From NCBI GenBank assembly GCA_003427395.1, contig BFEA01000026.1, forward strand, positions 198,948 to 262,947: a DNA stretch of 64,000 nt, read 5' to 3'. A program made the position numbers and the translations under genes. The DNA comes from Chara braunii. Its lineage: Eukaryota > Plantae > Charophyceae. The notes beneath the pieces were generated by a model. That model saw only the letters and a list, made by a program, of their open reading frames with translations, ran no database searches and had not been told where the DNA came from. The number at the start of each line of letters is the position of its first letter. Positions within the stretch are counted from its first letter, which is position 1. Shown here in pieces: positions 1 through 10,669 of this stretch.

Positions 1-1958
1 CCTGGCAATGCCACAGAGTCTGACCACCATGAGTGTGCTCCTTGGCCATCACCAGGTTCATCCGCCTGCCCCCAATTCTGTCCTTCGCCCAGTCACCAAA
101 CCTTTTCCAGCCCCAGTGCAGCTATGGCTGCTGCTGCTGCTCACTTTCCCCCTTCAATGAGCACTGGACTGGCAGCAATTCTTGCAAAGCTAGCGCTAGC
201 AGCCAGTACCTTAGAAAATGTCGAATTCAGCGGCCTCCTCCCTTTTGTCACTTTCTGGAGGCCACATATCTGGGTTTCAAAGGCCCTACTGGGACAGAGC
301 CTGGGTTTTGGCCTCAGCAAATCAAAGGCTGGTCGTACTGGTTATTAGCTGGAGACGCTGGGGTCCAGCCTCCTACTCGTATCACGCCAGCCTTCACTCA
401 GCGCTGGCAGATTTTCATGCTGCTGCGGGCGCACCCCTGTGCGAGCTTGCAATAGAGACTCAACGGCCCTCTGAAGATCTGTCTGTAACCACATCACCCA
501 TCTTCAAAAAAAAAATTCTTTGTTCTTGCTGAAAAGTTGAAAACCAACAGTTTTGTACATATTTCAGCACTTTTCAGAGGGGCACACCATCCACTCTTCA
601 CGAAGCCATTCGGCCAAAGCTCTCTTGCCATCCCAATTGTGTCGGCGCAAAAGACACACGGGTGCAAGGGGTGCAAGGTTTGCGGAATCTCTTCCCATCC
701 CAAAGCCGTGTTGCGAAACCTCACAGGGATGGCCACCTAAGTGTGCCTCGCCAAAGGAACAAGAACAGGGTTTCCTGCGAGGCGCAGCAGGCTTTGCTGG
801 GCCCATGGGCCTATCCATACCAGTACCGAGGATGGAGGAAAGTTGATTAACCACCAGTTGGTCCAAACCTCTTCTATCCTATAGCACTCGGCTGCCCTAC
901 TCATAAAGAAATGGACAGGCGCAGGCGCAAGATCCCCAGGGAGCTCCTTTAGACCATGGTAGCTGGGATAGCGACTGCGGGTTTATACCCCACCACTAAC
1001 TCTCAGCGTCTTTTTGCCGAGCTGGAACGGAGCGGCATGACAAGCATTGTCAAAGCGCCAGCATCACATTATTGTTTCCTTCTGACTGGCGCCGCCGGTC
1101 ATTGTGGTCCGATCCGATATAGCATCGTTCATCCAAAGAACCCAGAAGGTTACATTTTCGTTTCTCGACATTGCCTGAGAAAGGTAGCGGTGCCTTAACT
1201 ACAGAAGCTGAACTTGGTATTGCCCCCATCTATAGGGTCACCCATGCTACATGCCGCCGCATGGTAGATGGGTGCCACTAATACTACACAGGCGTATCCA
1301 TCTCATAAGCAGGGGGGCAATGCCGCCAATGCTAGAGAGACTCTCTGTGCGCATCATGCAAATAATTATTATCGAAAGGGTTTCATGCATTTATGTGCCC
1401 GAGTCCCAGTCCCAGAACTCCCAAAGTCCCAAAGTCCCATGTATCATAATCCAACCGGATGGCCCAGTAGTACTACGGTCGCAGCTGTAATGCCCATAGG
1501 GTCCGTTCATTAGCCAGTCCGTTAGGCCGTTAGATCGTTTGAAGTCGCCAGTCCCCAACAGTCCAAGTCCCCAAAATAGCAGCAACTCAGTTCAAGGAAT
1601 GCCCGGTCACTACTTGAAGAGTCGAGCAATCATGGCCTCCTGGTAAACACCCGAAGAGTCGAGCAATCGTGGCCAGGAGGCCAGTGATTGGTACCCGTAT
1701 GTACAACAAGTCCGAGATTGGGAGCTGCAGCCAAGTCCAGATGAGCAGCTACGGTGAAGCTATATAACACAATTTCCATCCGAGTCTGTTGCACTACTGC
1801 GTGCATGTGCGGCCGAACGTGAAGTGCGACTTGGCTGAGGAAACTTGAGTAGGGTACTCAACGGCGCACGGCACCAGAGCTAGAACTTGCGAGTTAGAGA
1901 AAGAAAGAGAGAGGGAGAAGACATTCAGAGAGGGAGGAGATCAAGGGAGAGAGGGAGA

Positions 1959-1963
<5 letters not shown>

Positions 1964-2031
<68 letters not shown>
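1964..2031. repeat. (GA)n microsatellite
   Basis: Directly visible; many further (GA)n/(GT)n tracts occur across the window. Confidence 0.95.
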
Positions 2032-2034
<3 letters not shown>

Positions 2035-2618
2035 TATGAAGGCAGCCATAGCTGCAACATGTGTATGACTGCGACTTGTTTGTTCATTCTCTGATTTCCA
2101 ATGAGAATTTAGTTTTTCACACCTCGTGTTCATTTTGTATCTCATGCGTGGAGCGAGGAGTGTCCAATTGGTGAGCTTGCATGGATGTGTAATTCCGGCA
2201 TAATGTGAAAAGATCGTGGCATTATCGAATGTATTCACATCACAAACCTCTATTGCAGGAAGAGGAGACCTATAGCATTCGTGTTTGCCCTATTCGGATG
2301 GTTTCAACAAGTTTTAATTGGTTCCTGACTTCTAAATGTCTCTTGTGATTCGAATAAATAGAAAACTCACTGCAATCGATTAACTTAGCCAGAATGAAAT
2401 AAAATTTTGGAGACCTACGACAGTCCTGAATATGGTTAACCCTATCAACACCACAATGACATGACATAACGGTACACTAAACAATCAAATTCAAATTCAG
2501 ATTCAGTACCTACGCCGTTAAATGGTCAAAAAAAATCTCTCAGGAATGGAGAGAAATGTACGATTGTGCAAAGCTCTTCATTTCTGATCCATCCTTGAGA
2601 TAAACATCATTTCAGGAA

Positions 2619-2652
<34 letters not shown>

Positions 2653-3260
2653 AGAAGACTGATTCTATTCTATTCTATTCTATTCTATTTTATTCTATTC
2701 TATATTCTATTTTGTTCTTTTTTTTTCCGTCCTGTTCTATTCTACATCAGAACGCCTGACGACCAGGATGATCTGGCTACCGGACGATCTGAGCACTATC
2801 TGGACAGCCGGATTGAACTGGGTCAGTGTTGTCACATGGGGATCCCCAGGAGCAATGTCGGGGTTGTGGTGTGGACCTGCGCATGGGGGTGGGGTCCCGG
2901 CGTAGTATGGAACGAGGTTGGGCAGAAATCAGAATTTTTCGTTTTTTGGTTCCCTGCAATCCAGGTGTTGGGGAATGCACAGAACAATGCACAGAGACTT
3001 TTTTGTTTTTGGTTGGGCTTTCAGATGAGGCAGACGAAAATGCCCCAAACTCGTCTAGATTCCGACTGTGCAAATTCTGTATAAATCACGGATCGAATCA
3101 GATATAAAAAATACTGCATGAACTTGCTTATCTATATCACGTCAACTAGCATTTGCATGTTTATGTTCGCAATGTATCAAAATCCAATGCATGGGGTTAG
3201 TCTTTGCACGCATACATGCATGTCTGTATGTGTATGCATGTATATACGTTTCTATATATA

Positions 3261-3363
3261 GTCAAACAGAGCTGCCCGGTCAACCGTAGGCAAAGAGGGA
3301 GAAGAGGACAACAAACGAGGGGCTGTGACAAACTGTTTCGTCAGAGTTTCACCGACTCATCTG
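3261..3363 (-). mobile_element. Second copy of the hammerhead-core repeat
   Basis: Minus strand reads CAGATGA-GTCGG-tgaaact-CTGAC-GAAA-CAGTTT-GTC-ACAGCCCCTCG...GACCGGGCAGCTCTGTTTGAC; TATATA at both flanks. Confidence 0.6.
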
Positions 3364-3479
3364 TATATATTGTCACATTGTGAATCATATATATGTTTGT
3401 ATTGTAGTTATAATCCAGGCTTCCGGGTGACCATTCAGGCCAGGCCATCCAGTTGTCATGCATATTCAGAGTTGCCATG

Positions 3480-4225
3480 CATGCATGCTTACGTAAATAC
3501 GTGTATCTGTACATGCATGCATCCATGCATACGCCCACACATACATACATACATACATACACACATACATGCACATACATACATACATACATACATACAT
3601 ACATACATAAATTTCTGTCTCTGTGTTTGTATGTCTGTCTATCTGACTGGCTGGCTGGCTCTCTCTAGACTATGATACATACATACACGCATGATACATA
3701 CATACATACATACATACATACATACATACACGCATGATACATACATACATACACGCATGATACATACATACATACACGCATGATACATACATACATACAT
3801 ACATGGATACATACATGCATCCATTCATACATACATACATACATGCATGCATGCATGAATCCACGCATTCAATACACGCATGCATGCATCCATCCATCCC
3901 ATCCATGCATGCATGCACCCATCCATCTCATCCATGCATGCAGGCATCCATCCATCTCATCCATGCATGCAGGCATCCATCCCATCCATGCATGCATGCA
4001 TCCATCCATTCCATCCATCCATGCGTGCTCCATCCATCCATGCGAGTATCCATCCATCCATGCGTGCATCCATCCATCCATGCGTGCATCCATCCATCCA
4101 ACCCACCCATCCATGCATGCATCCATCCAATCCCATCCATCCATGCATCCATCCCATCCATCCACCAATACGATCTCATCCCATCTCAACCCATCTCATC
4201 CGATCCCATCCCATCCCATACATCC
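3480..4225. repeat. Compound (TACA)n/(CATG)n/(CATC)n satellite
   Basis: Directly visible; explains the spurious His/Met-rich ORFs here. Confidence 0.9.
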
Positions 4226-4932
4226 ATCTATAAGGACCGGAGCTCGTTTGACAACTTGCGTGGTTAATTCAGCATGAACCTGGTTGCCTTTTGGACAATG
4301 TTCCTTCAGTTAACATGTAACGCAACTGCGCCCTGACCCTGGCAGTCAAGACTTGTTGCCAAAAATGCGATCCGCTCATGCTCACATAGAATGCCTCTCA
4401 TACGCTGATCATTTTATTTGATGCTGGTTTTATTCTCTTTTGTTTTTGTTGCTTTTCTTCGCGTAGGGCCTTTTCCTTTTCTTTCTTCAAAGCGCAAAAC
4501 AAAGAAAAACCGGTTTCCTTGAAGAACAAAGCAGGAATTAAAATACAAAAAGTGGTACACACGCCGAACGATGCACAGTTCCCAGGGTTGGGAATATCAG
4601 GCCAGCGGTCTAGTTTTGGCCATCTTCTGCCTCTAGATTTCGTTTCCCATCGCCTGCACCTCACCTGGATAAGGGTTCCAGTTAGGTGCAGGAGTTGGGA
4701 AACGATGGATTGCCCGCAACCCCTCCACCTAAGCTAGGTTTTTAGCTTCTTCCGGGTTGTTTGTGGAGGAGAATTCCCGGCCTCACTTATTTTACTAATG
4801 ACAATCCGTTGTTAAAAAAAAAAAAAAAAAAAGAACAAGAAGAAGAAGAAGAAGAAGATGCATAGTTATGTCTTGTCCGGTTTCAAAAAATCCGGAAAAA
4901 AAAAAAACAAAAACCGGCATCGCATCTAGGTC

Positions 4933-5528
4933 ACTCAGGGCGTACTCACAAGAGCACTATCTTAAATGAATCTGACCGCATATCCGTCCGAACCTGTATC
5001 AATCTGGCCGAAATTCCGCCCAGAACTAAGTAAAAAAGTACTAGTGTGAGTATATGCCCTCACTCGAGTCGATACTGGCCCTGGACACTTTTCGGCCTTT
5101 GGCCAAAACGGAGAGGGGGCGTTGAGTATGATGATTGTAAAATTGTGTGTTTTACGACTTGCCGGTGGATACTAACCGCAGTGGCAGTGACGCCCTCGAG
5201 AATAGAAAAGGGCCGTGACTCACAAGAGTCACGTTGAACGAACCAAAAAAAAAAACAAAAAAAAACCTGAATCGAGCACACAAGCCAAAAAAATTAACAC
5301 ACAACATGAGAATGAATCTTCCTCCAGAACATGGCAATATACACCGCGATATATTTCGTCTCTTCTACCTGTGGTGAGTAGTGGAGTGAGGGCATACTCA
5401 CACTAGCACTTTCCAAAATGCATCTGGCTACAATTACGGCCAGACCTGGATGGATGCATGTGGCCGGAGTCACGTCCATAAAATTGGCATAAATACGTAA
5501 AAAATCCTCGCGTGAGTATGCCCTGAGT
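4933..5528. repeat. Nested inverted repeats (foldback/MITE-like)
   Basis: Outer pair ACTCAGGGCGTACTCAC / GTGAGTATGCCCTGAGT; inner pair CTAGTGTGAGTATATGCCCTCACTC (5041) / GAGTGAGGGCATACTCACACTAG (ends 5406). Confidence 0.6.
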
Positions 5529-6079
5529 ATTGATTTCTGGGCTAACCCTATCCGAAACCTACGGCCACTTTTTCCTTTCATTCTGCCCCAGCGCCTCCCC
5601 CCCTCCCCCCCCACCCCCCTCCTTCCCTCTTCCTTTCCTCCTCACCTTTCTCCCTTTTCTCCCGGCATAAAAGGCAGCACGGGAACGATCACCAGCTACG
5701 GCAATACGGTGACATCCGCGCCCCCATTTCCGGAGAAGTTGTTAGGGATCGACAGTCATCGAACAGGAAGGAGAGGAGATGGTGCAAGGTACATCTTTAT
5801 CGAACAGGAAGGAGAAGAGATGGTGCAAGGTACATCTTTATCGCCACAGTTATCGCACACGTCCGTGCGCTAGGATAGGATCTTCGTAAGGACCTTTGCA
5901 GCAAGGGAACATTGGCGGAAGGTACATCTGTATCACCATAAAGGCAGAATCAAGGCACACACCCGGACAGGAAGAAGAGGAGACACGTCCCCGCGTCCCC
6001 GCGGTAATGGTGTTGATGCCCCCACTAATAAACGGCTCGCAAACGCAATAGATAAACCTGACGCGGTATGCAGAAAAAT

Positions 6080-6680
6080 ATCGAAAGTCGCACGTTAGAG
6101 GTTCGAATCCTGCCTCTCCTCAATGCATCTTGTCTATCTGTCTCTCTATATGTCCGTCTATTGTGACTCTTCGCAACCTTCTTCTAGAAGGAAGACGCCG
6201 ACAGGTTTATCTATAGCTGCAGACAGACAGGTTCAGACAGGCAGACAGGTTCAGACAGGCAGACAGACAGACAGAGAGGTTTATTGCGGCGAAAGTCGTA
6301 GGTTCGAATCCTGCCTCTAATCGCAACCTTCTTCTCGAAGGAAGACGCAGACAGGTTGATCTATTGCGGCAGACAGGTTTATCTATTGTGGCAGACAGGC
6401 AGGCAGGCAGACAGACAGACACGTTTATCTCTTGCGGCGAAAGGCGTAGGTTCGAATCTTGGCTGTCCTCTATTGTGACTCTGCGCAAACTTCTTCTCGA
6501 AGGAAGACGCAGACAGACAGGCAGGCAGGAAGGCAGACAGAGAGACAGAGAAGCCGACAGAAAGCAGCGGGCAGACAGAACTTGAAAGGGCATGTATACA
6601 GGCAGACAGAGAGATGTGCCGAGACAGACAGACACATAGACAGACAAATAGACAGGCAGACAAACAGACATAGAGATGAG
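6080..6680 (+). repeat. Three tandem units with a tRNA B-box-like motif and (CAGA)n
   Basis: GGTTCGAATC(C/T) at 6100, 6301 and 6449; each is followed by CTTCTTCT.GAAGGAAGACGC and CAGA repeats. Confidence 0.55.
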
Positions 6681-7103
6681 GCGAAGGGAACGCACAAGCA
6701 TGTACACAGCTGATCCTTTTTCATTCGGAACGAATCTTCTCTTTTTTTTCAGCTACAAGATAATTGGACTAACTGTACAAATCGATGAATGCAGCAGTCG
6801 GCCGAAATCGCAAATAATTTCCAAACAAACCCGAGGTAGAAAAAAGGGGAGAAAGTGGGGAAAGGAAAAGAAAGACGAAGCTTCAACCTGAATCAATGGG
6901 CAAGCGAAAGAAGGACCGCATAACTTACCGTCCGCAAGGTGGGGTAGAGTAGGTAGAGACGGCGACGAGGGCCATGATTATCAAAGAAGACGGGGGAACT
7001 GAGAAGGAATGAAAATGAAAATGAAACACACACGCACACACACACACGCACACACAGAGTGTCACACACAGACACGCAAAGGAGGGGGGAGAGATTCCAG
7101 ACA

Positions 7104-8900
7104 TCAAGAATCGTCGAGGGTGTCATCGTCTACCTGTGGGAGAGGGGGTTTCATTCCCAGAACAACTCTCCCGCATGGTCGCCGCCCACTTTCAAGCACC
7201 TTGCTTCCTGTGACTAATAACACTCCCTTCTCCTCATCCTTCCCGTCCTTCCCCTGGATATAGTACTCTGTCTCCACGACAGCATCGACTTCTCTGTCTA
7301 CTATCAGCAGCACCGGAAAATCTATTTCCGGCCTCATTGCCGCCCACTGGGCGTCTGGTACGCGCCTGTTTTTCACTGCCTCGGCATGGACAATAAGAGC
7401 GACAGGAGAGGCCGCCTTGGCCAAAGCCACCCAGCCAGGGACTACCGCCCACTGCTCCTCTCTCTCGCTCTTCTCCGTGTGAACCGTACAAAAAGCCCCG
7501 GAAGCGGTGCCCAACCGGGGCTTGGGCGCCATAGAGATCGCCTCCTCGTCTATTGACGCCAAATCCCCAACCAGAGGAACAACCCGCCAAGACACTTCGT
7601 CCGCAGTTAGCCGGTGCAATTCCAACTTGCTCATTACGACATTCCCGCCGCCTGCGTCAACGATGCCGGCCAGCGCGCCCCCCCGCCCCTCGCGCTCTCC
7701 TCTCAGCACCGCTTCCAACGCCTGCCTCGCGCTCTCCGTTACCGCGTGCTCCAACCCCTTCTCCGCCGCCTCCTTCCGCTCCTCCTCGCTCCTGCCTTCT
7801 CTACTCAACCGATAATACGAGAACGCGAGGCAATCGCCCGGAGCGGTGCTGAAGAACCGGCGCGCATCTCCGCCGCGCTTCCGCTCGTGATCCTTGATGG
7901 CACGCGCCAAATCGCGCGCTCCCTTCGCGTCCAGCTTGTGCGCAGATACGTACTCCGCCGCCGCCTTCCGCTGGGAGTTCGACAGTATCCTCAGCTCGTA
8001 CAGGACCTCCGCGCCAGACACTTCGAACTCCGCCAGCACGTCGGGATCCAGACCTCCGGCTCTAAGAGAGTTGTAAACCTGTGCGCCAACGATGATGTTG
8101 TTCTGCTCCACCCCAGTAAGCCCCGTCGCCTCGTCGATCGTGGCAGGGGTAAAGCCGGCGCGCGCGAGCGCGGAGAGGTAAGGGGCAAGCTCCTGCCACG
8201 CGGCGCGGCGCTCGCGAAGGACCTCCAGATGATCTTCGGTCGTACCAGATACGCTCGGACCGGACGACATCCCTGGGGGTGGGCGGAAGGGCAAGTACGG
8301 TTCCGATCCCGACGAGGAGCCAGACGACGGAGGAAGTTGGATGCTCGGAAATCCCGCGAATCTCTGTTGGCCGTTTCCTCCCTCCGGTCCCCTTCCACTC
8401 ATTGCTACCGCCGTGCCAGGCAATGGCCCTGCTGCGCGCCGCGCTGTCCTGCCGGGCAATGCTGACACGTGTCCACTGCTCCGCCGCCGCCCCCTCGCCG
8501 TCGTTGGCGTTGTCCATACGATGACCATTGAACACTTGCTGCTGTCCCTGCCTAGACAGCGCTCTCGTGACGTCCGTCCGCAGGACGAGAAGGGAGAGGA
8601 GGAGGAGGAGGAGGAGGAGGAGGAGGAGAAAAAGGCCGTCGAACACGAAGACGACGTCGGCCATTTCTTGCTCGTGCCGCTGTTGCGGCTGCAACTAGCC
8701 TCGCCGACCTCGAGGGGGGAAACAGCATCTCCACCCACACTCCCGAAGGAGCACCTTGTTGTGCGACCGCCATCCCACCTCCCTCTCCCACCTCTTCCGC
8801 GCCGCCCTGCTCCTTCTGGCAACATACATGTCGATCCCAGGCTCGGTCCTGGCGCTGCACAGGCAACGTGCTTGGTCATCGCGTCCCCGATCGCCTTCAT
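7104..8900 (-). CDS. RAF1: Rubisco accumulation factor 1 (chloroplast Rubisco assembly chaperone), single exon, long Ser-rich N-terminal extension/transit peptide
   Basis: 598-aa ORF with Raf1 hallmark segments: PYLPFRPPP; WQELAPYLSALARAGFTPATIDEATGLTGVEQNNIIVGAQVYNSL; VLYELRILSNSQRKAAAEY; PGDCLAFSYYR; C-terminal beta domain (WAVVPGW, LLIVDR, GRVVLGMKPP) and acidic tail. The start Met is uncertain (M1 or M8). Confidence 0.93.
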   Translation of the reverse strand: MKAIGDAMTKHVACAAPGPSLGSTCMLPEGAGRRGRGGRGRWDGGRTTRCSFGSVGGDAVSPLEVGEASCSRNSGTSKKWPTSSSCSTAFFSSSSSSSSSSSPFSSCGRTSRERCLGRDSSKCSMVIVWTTPTTARGRRRSSGHVSALPGRTARRAAGPLPGTAVAMSGRGPEGGNGQQRFAGFPSIQLPPSSGSSSGSEPYLPFRPPPGMSSGPSVSGTTEDHLEVLRERRAAWQELAPYLSALARAGFTPATIDEATGLTGVEQNNIIVGAQVYNSLRAGGLDPDVLAEFEVSGAEVLYELRILSNSQRKAAAEYVSAHKLDAKGARDLARAIKDHERKRGGDARRFFSTAPGDCLAFSYYRLSREGRSEEERKEAAEKGLEHAVTESARQALEAVLRGEREGRGGALAGIVDAGGGNVVMSKLELHRLTADEVSWRVVPLVGDLASIDEEAISMAPKPRLGTASGAFCTVHTEKSEREEQWAVVPGWVALAKAASPVALIVHAEAVKNRRVPDAQWAAMRPEIDFPVLLIVDREVDAVVETEYYIQGKDGKDEEKGVLLVTGSKVLESGRRPCGRVVLGMKPPLPQVDDDTLDDS

Positions 8901-9167
8901 GCTGCCCTGCTTCCGCCTCCCACTCTTCCGCCCTCACACTAAGTCTTTCCTTCCTGCCCGTTCCTCTCTGCTAGCTATGGGCAAGAAACGATCGACTGGT
9001 TCCGAGACCAGTAATGCCGATAGCTAGCAGATTGGCTGCTCGGCTGGTTGCTTCCACGCACCCAACGTTCCGGCGGGAGAATGACGGACTTCGCAGCTGC
9101 GGGCGCGCATGACGAGCCCGTCGAGGACGCCTGAGCGACTCCGCCAGAATTTGCCCACGTGAAACAG

Positions 9168-9291
9168 CGCCAAGGTCTGGCGGGGTCTCGCTTTCCCGGG
9201 TCCATGGACTATCGACGCGAAAATTTGGGCGCCAAGGTCTGGCAAGGCCTCGCTTTCCCGGCTCCATGGACTATCGAGGCGAAAAATTTGG
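9168..9291. repeat. Two ~61-bp tandem units upstream of RAF1
   Basis: GCGCCAAGGTCTGGC...CTCGCTTTCCCGG.TCCATGGACTATCGA.GCGAAAATTTGGG occurs twice. Confidence 0.8.
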
Positions 9292-9351
9292 GACGTGACA
9301 GGCTGGAAATCGAGAACGGCGGGTCCTTGCATGGCCCCCGCGCAAGGATGA

Positions 9352-9574
9352 TTGACTTACCGTGAGGGCACGGGTGCGCAGCCCGTAGTTCGTTTGTTTA
9401 TGTGGTTCGGGAAGGGTAAGGTAGTGATTATGCTATATGTATGTTTTGTCATGTATATATAACTCGAAGAGAGTGCGTGTGGGGTCCCGGTTGGTGCTTC
9501 ATTGACGATGTTCATGGGACGCTGGACCCAGTTTCCAATACGTGGCGCTCCCCATCAATAGACAGGAGAATGTA

Positions 9575-9607
<33 letters not shown>

Positions 9608-10325
9608 NNNNNNNNNNNNNNNNNNNNNNNNNNNNNNNNNNNNNNNNNNNNNNNNNNNNNNNNNNNNNNNNNNNNNNNNNNNNNNNNNNNNNNNNNNNNN
9701 NNNNNNNNNNNNNNNNNNNNNNNNNNNNNNNNNNNNNNNNNNNNNNNNNNNNNNNNNNNNNNNNNNNNNNNNNNNNNNNNNNNNNNNNNNNNNNNNNNNN
9801 NNNNNNNNNNNNNNNNNNNNNNNNNNNNNNNNNNNNNNNNNNNNNNNNNNNNNNNNNNNNNNNNNNNNNNNNNNNNNNNNNNNNNNNNNNNNNNNNNNNN
9901 NNNNNNNNNNNNNNNNNNNNNNNNNNNNNNNNNNNNNNNNNNNNNNNNNNNNNNNNNNNNNNNNNNNNNNNNNNNNNNNNNNNNNNNNNNNNNNNNNNNN
10001 NNNNNNNNNNNNNNNNNNNNNNNNNNNNNNNAAATCCGAATAGAAATGGTACAGTACATGTTGTATTCGAATACAACGTGTAGGACCTGCACCGTTTCAA
10101 TTTCGAAAAAGGACTACCCACACCGTTTCAATTTCGAAAAAGGATTGCGGCCTCCTCGGCCTCCTACTCGCAGCTACCGGTCCTAGACTGCACAGCTACC
10201 GGTCCTACACGGTCCTAGCCCTTGCAAGGCCCCAAAACCAAAAAATGACCACCCTCCCGACGACCACGACGTTGAAATTTGACGTTGAACGTTGAAAGTA
10301 AAGCGCAACCCTGACGGGCTGCGAA
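9352..10325 (-). mobile_element. Non-autonomous TSD-less element with asymmetric terminal inverted repeats and subterminal hairpin (Helitron2/Helentron-like), copy 1
   Basis: Homologous end to end with 62222-63011. IR CGCAGCCCGT (~9377) / ACGGGCTGCG (~10314); hairpin CCGTG-aggg-CACGG at 9360-9374; internal (TG)n and an 18-bp palindrome at 10060-10077. It interrupts a U6-like sequence with no duplication and contains an N gap. Confidence 0.75.
9608..10031. other. Assembly gap (other gaps at 16398-16519 and 26042-26099)
   Basis: N runs adjoining microsatellite or poly-C tracts. Confidence 1.
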
Positions 10326-10669
10326 CACGCATAAATCGAAATAGAGAACGGTGAAGTTGTTGAACACGGCTACCTCACGTACATCTCAGAGAGAGATAAA
10401 TGTCTAAAAATTTATAATTAAGGGATGAACACGGCTACCGTCTTCTTTCGAACATAACGCGTGGGCAAGGTCCCATTAGCAACTGGATAGGATAGAAACG
10501 AGTTTGTGGGGCAGTTGAAGTGACCCAAATCCTGCCTTGCAGTACTCGTGATCCCACGGTCGATATTTTTTACATGTATTATCCGATAAAAAAACTCAGG
10601 AAAGTTGCATTATGCATAACTCAGGAAAGCTGAACTTAAATTATTTGCATTAGACGACGCGCAGGCACA

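Larger units (their letters stand above)
9329..10339 (+). pseudogene. U6: U6 3'-half fragment split by the inserted element
   Basis: GCATGGCCCCCGCGCAAGGATGA (9329-9351) and CACGCATAAATCGA (10326-10339) rejoin into contiguous U6 sequence. Confidence 0.75.

Noticed and set aside
1-1890. ORF fragments and a short direct repeat suggestive of an LTR/gag remnant
   Set aside because: No recognisable domain, primer-binding site or paired LTR could be established.
5088-5105. TCGGCCTTTTGGC resembling U2 stem I
   Set aside because: The match is only ~13 nt and does not continue into U2 sequence.
7507-9027. Plus-strand ORFs overlapping RAF1 (similar ones overlap the CBE1 last exon)
   Set aside because: Antisense shadows of GC-rich coding sequence.
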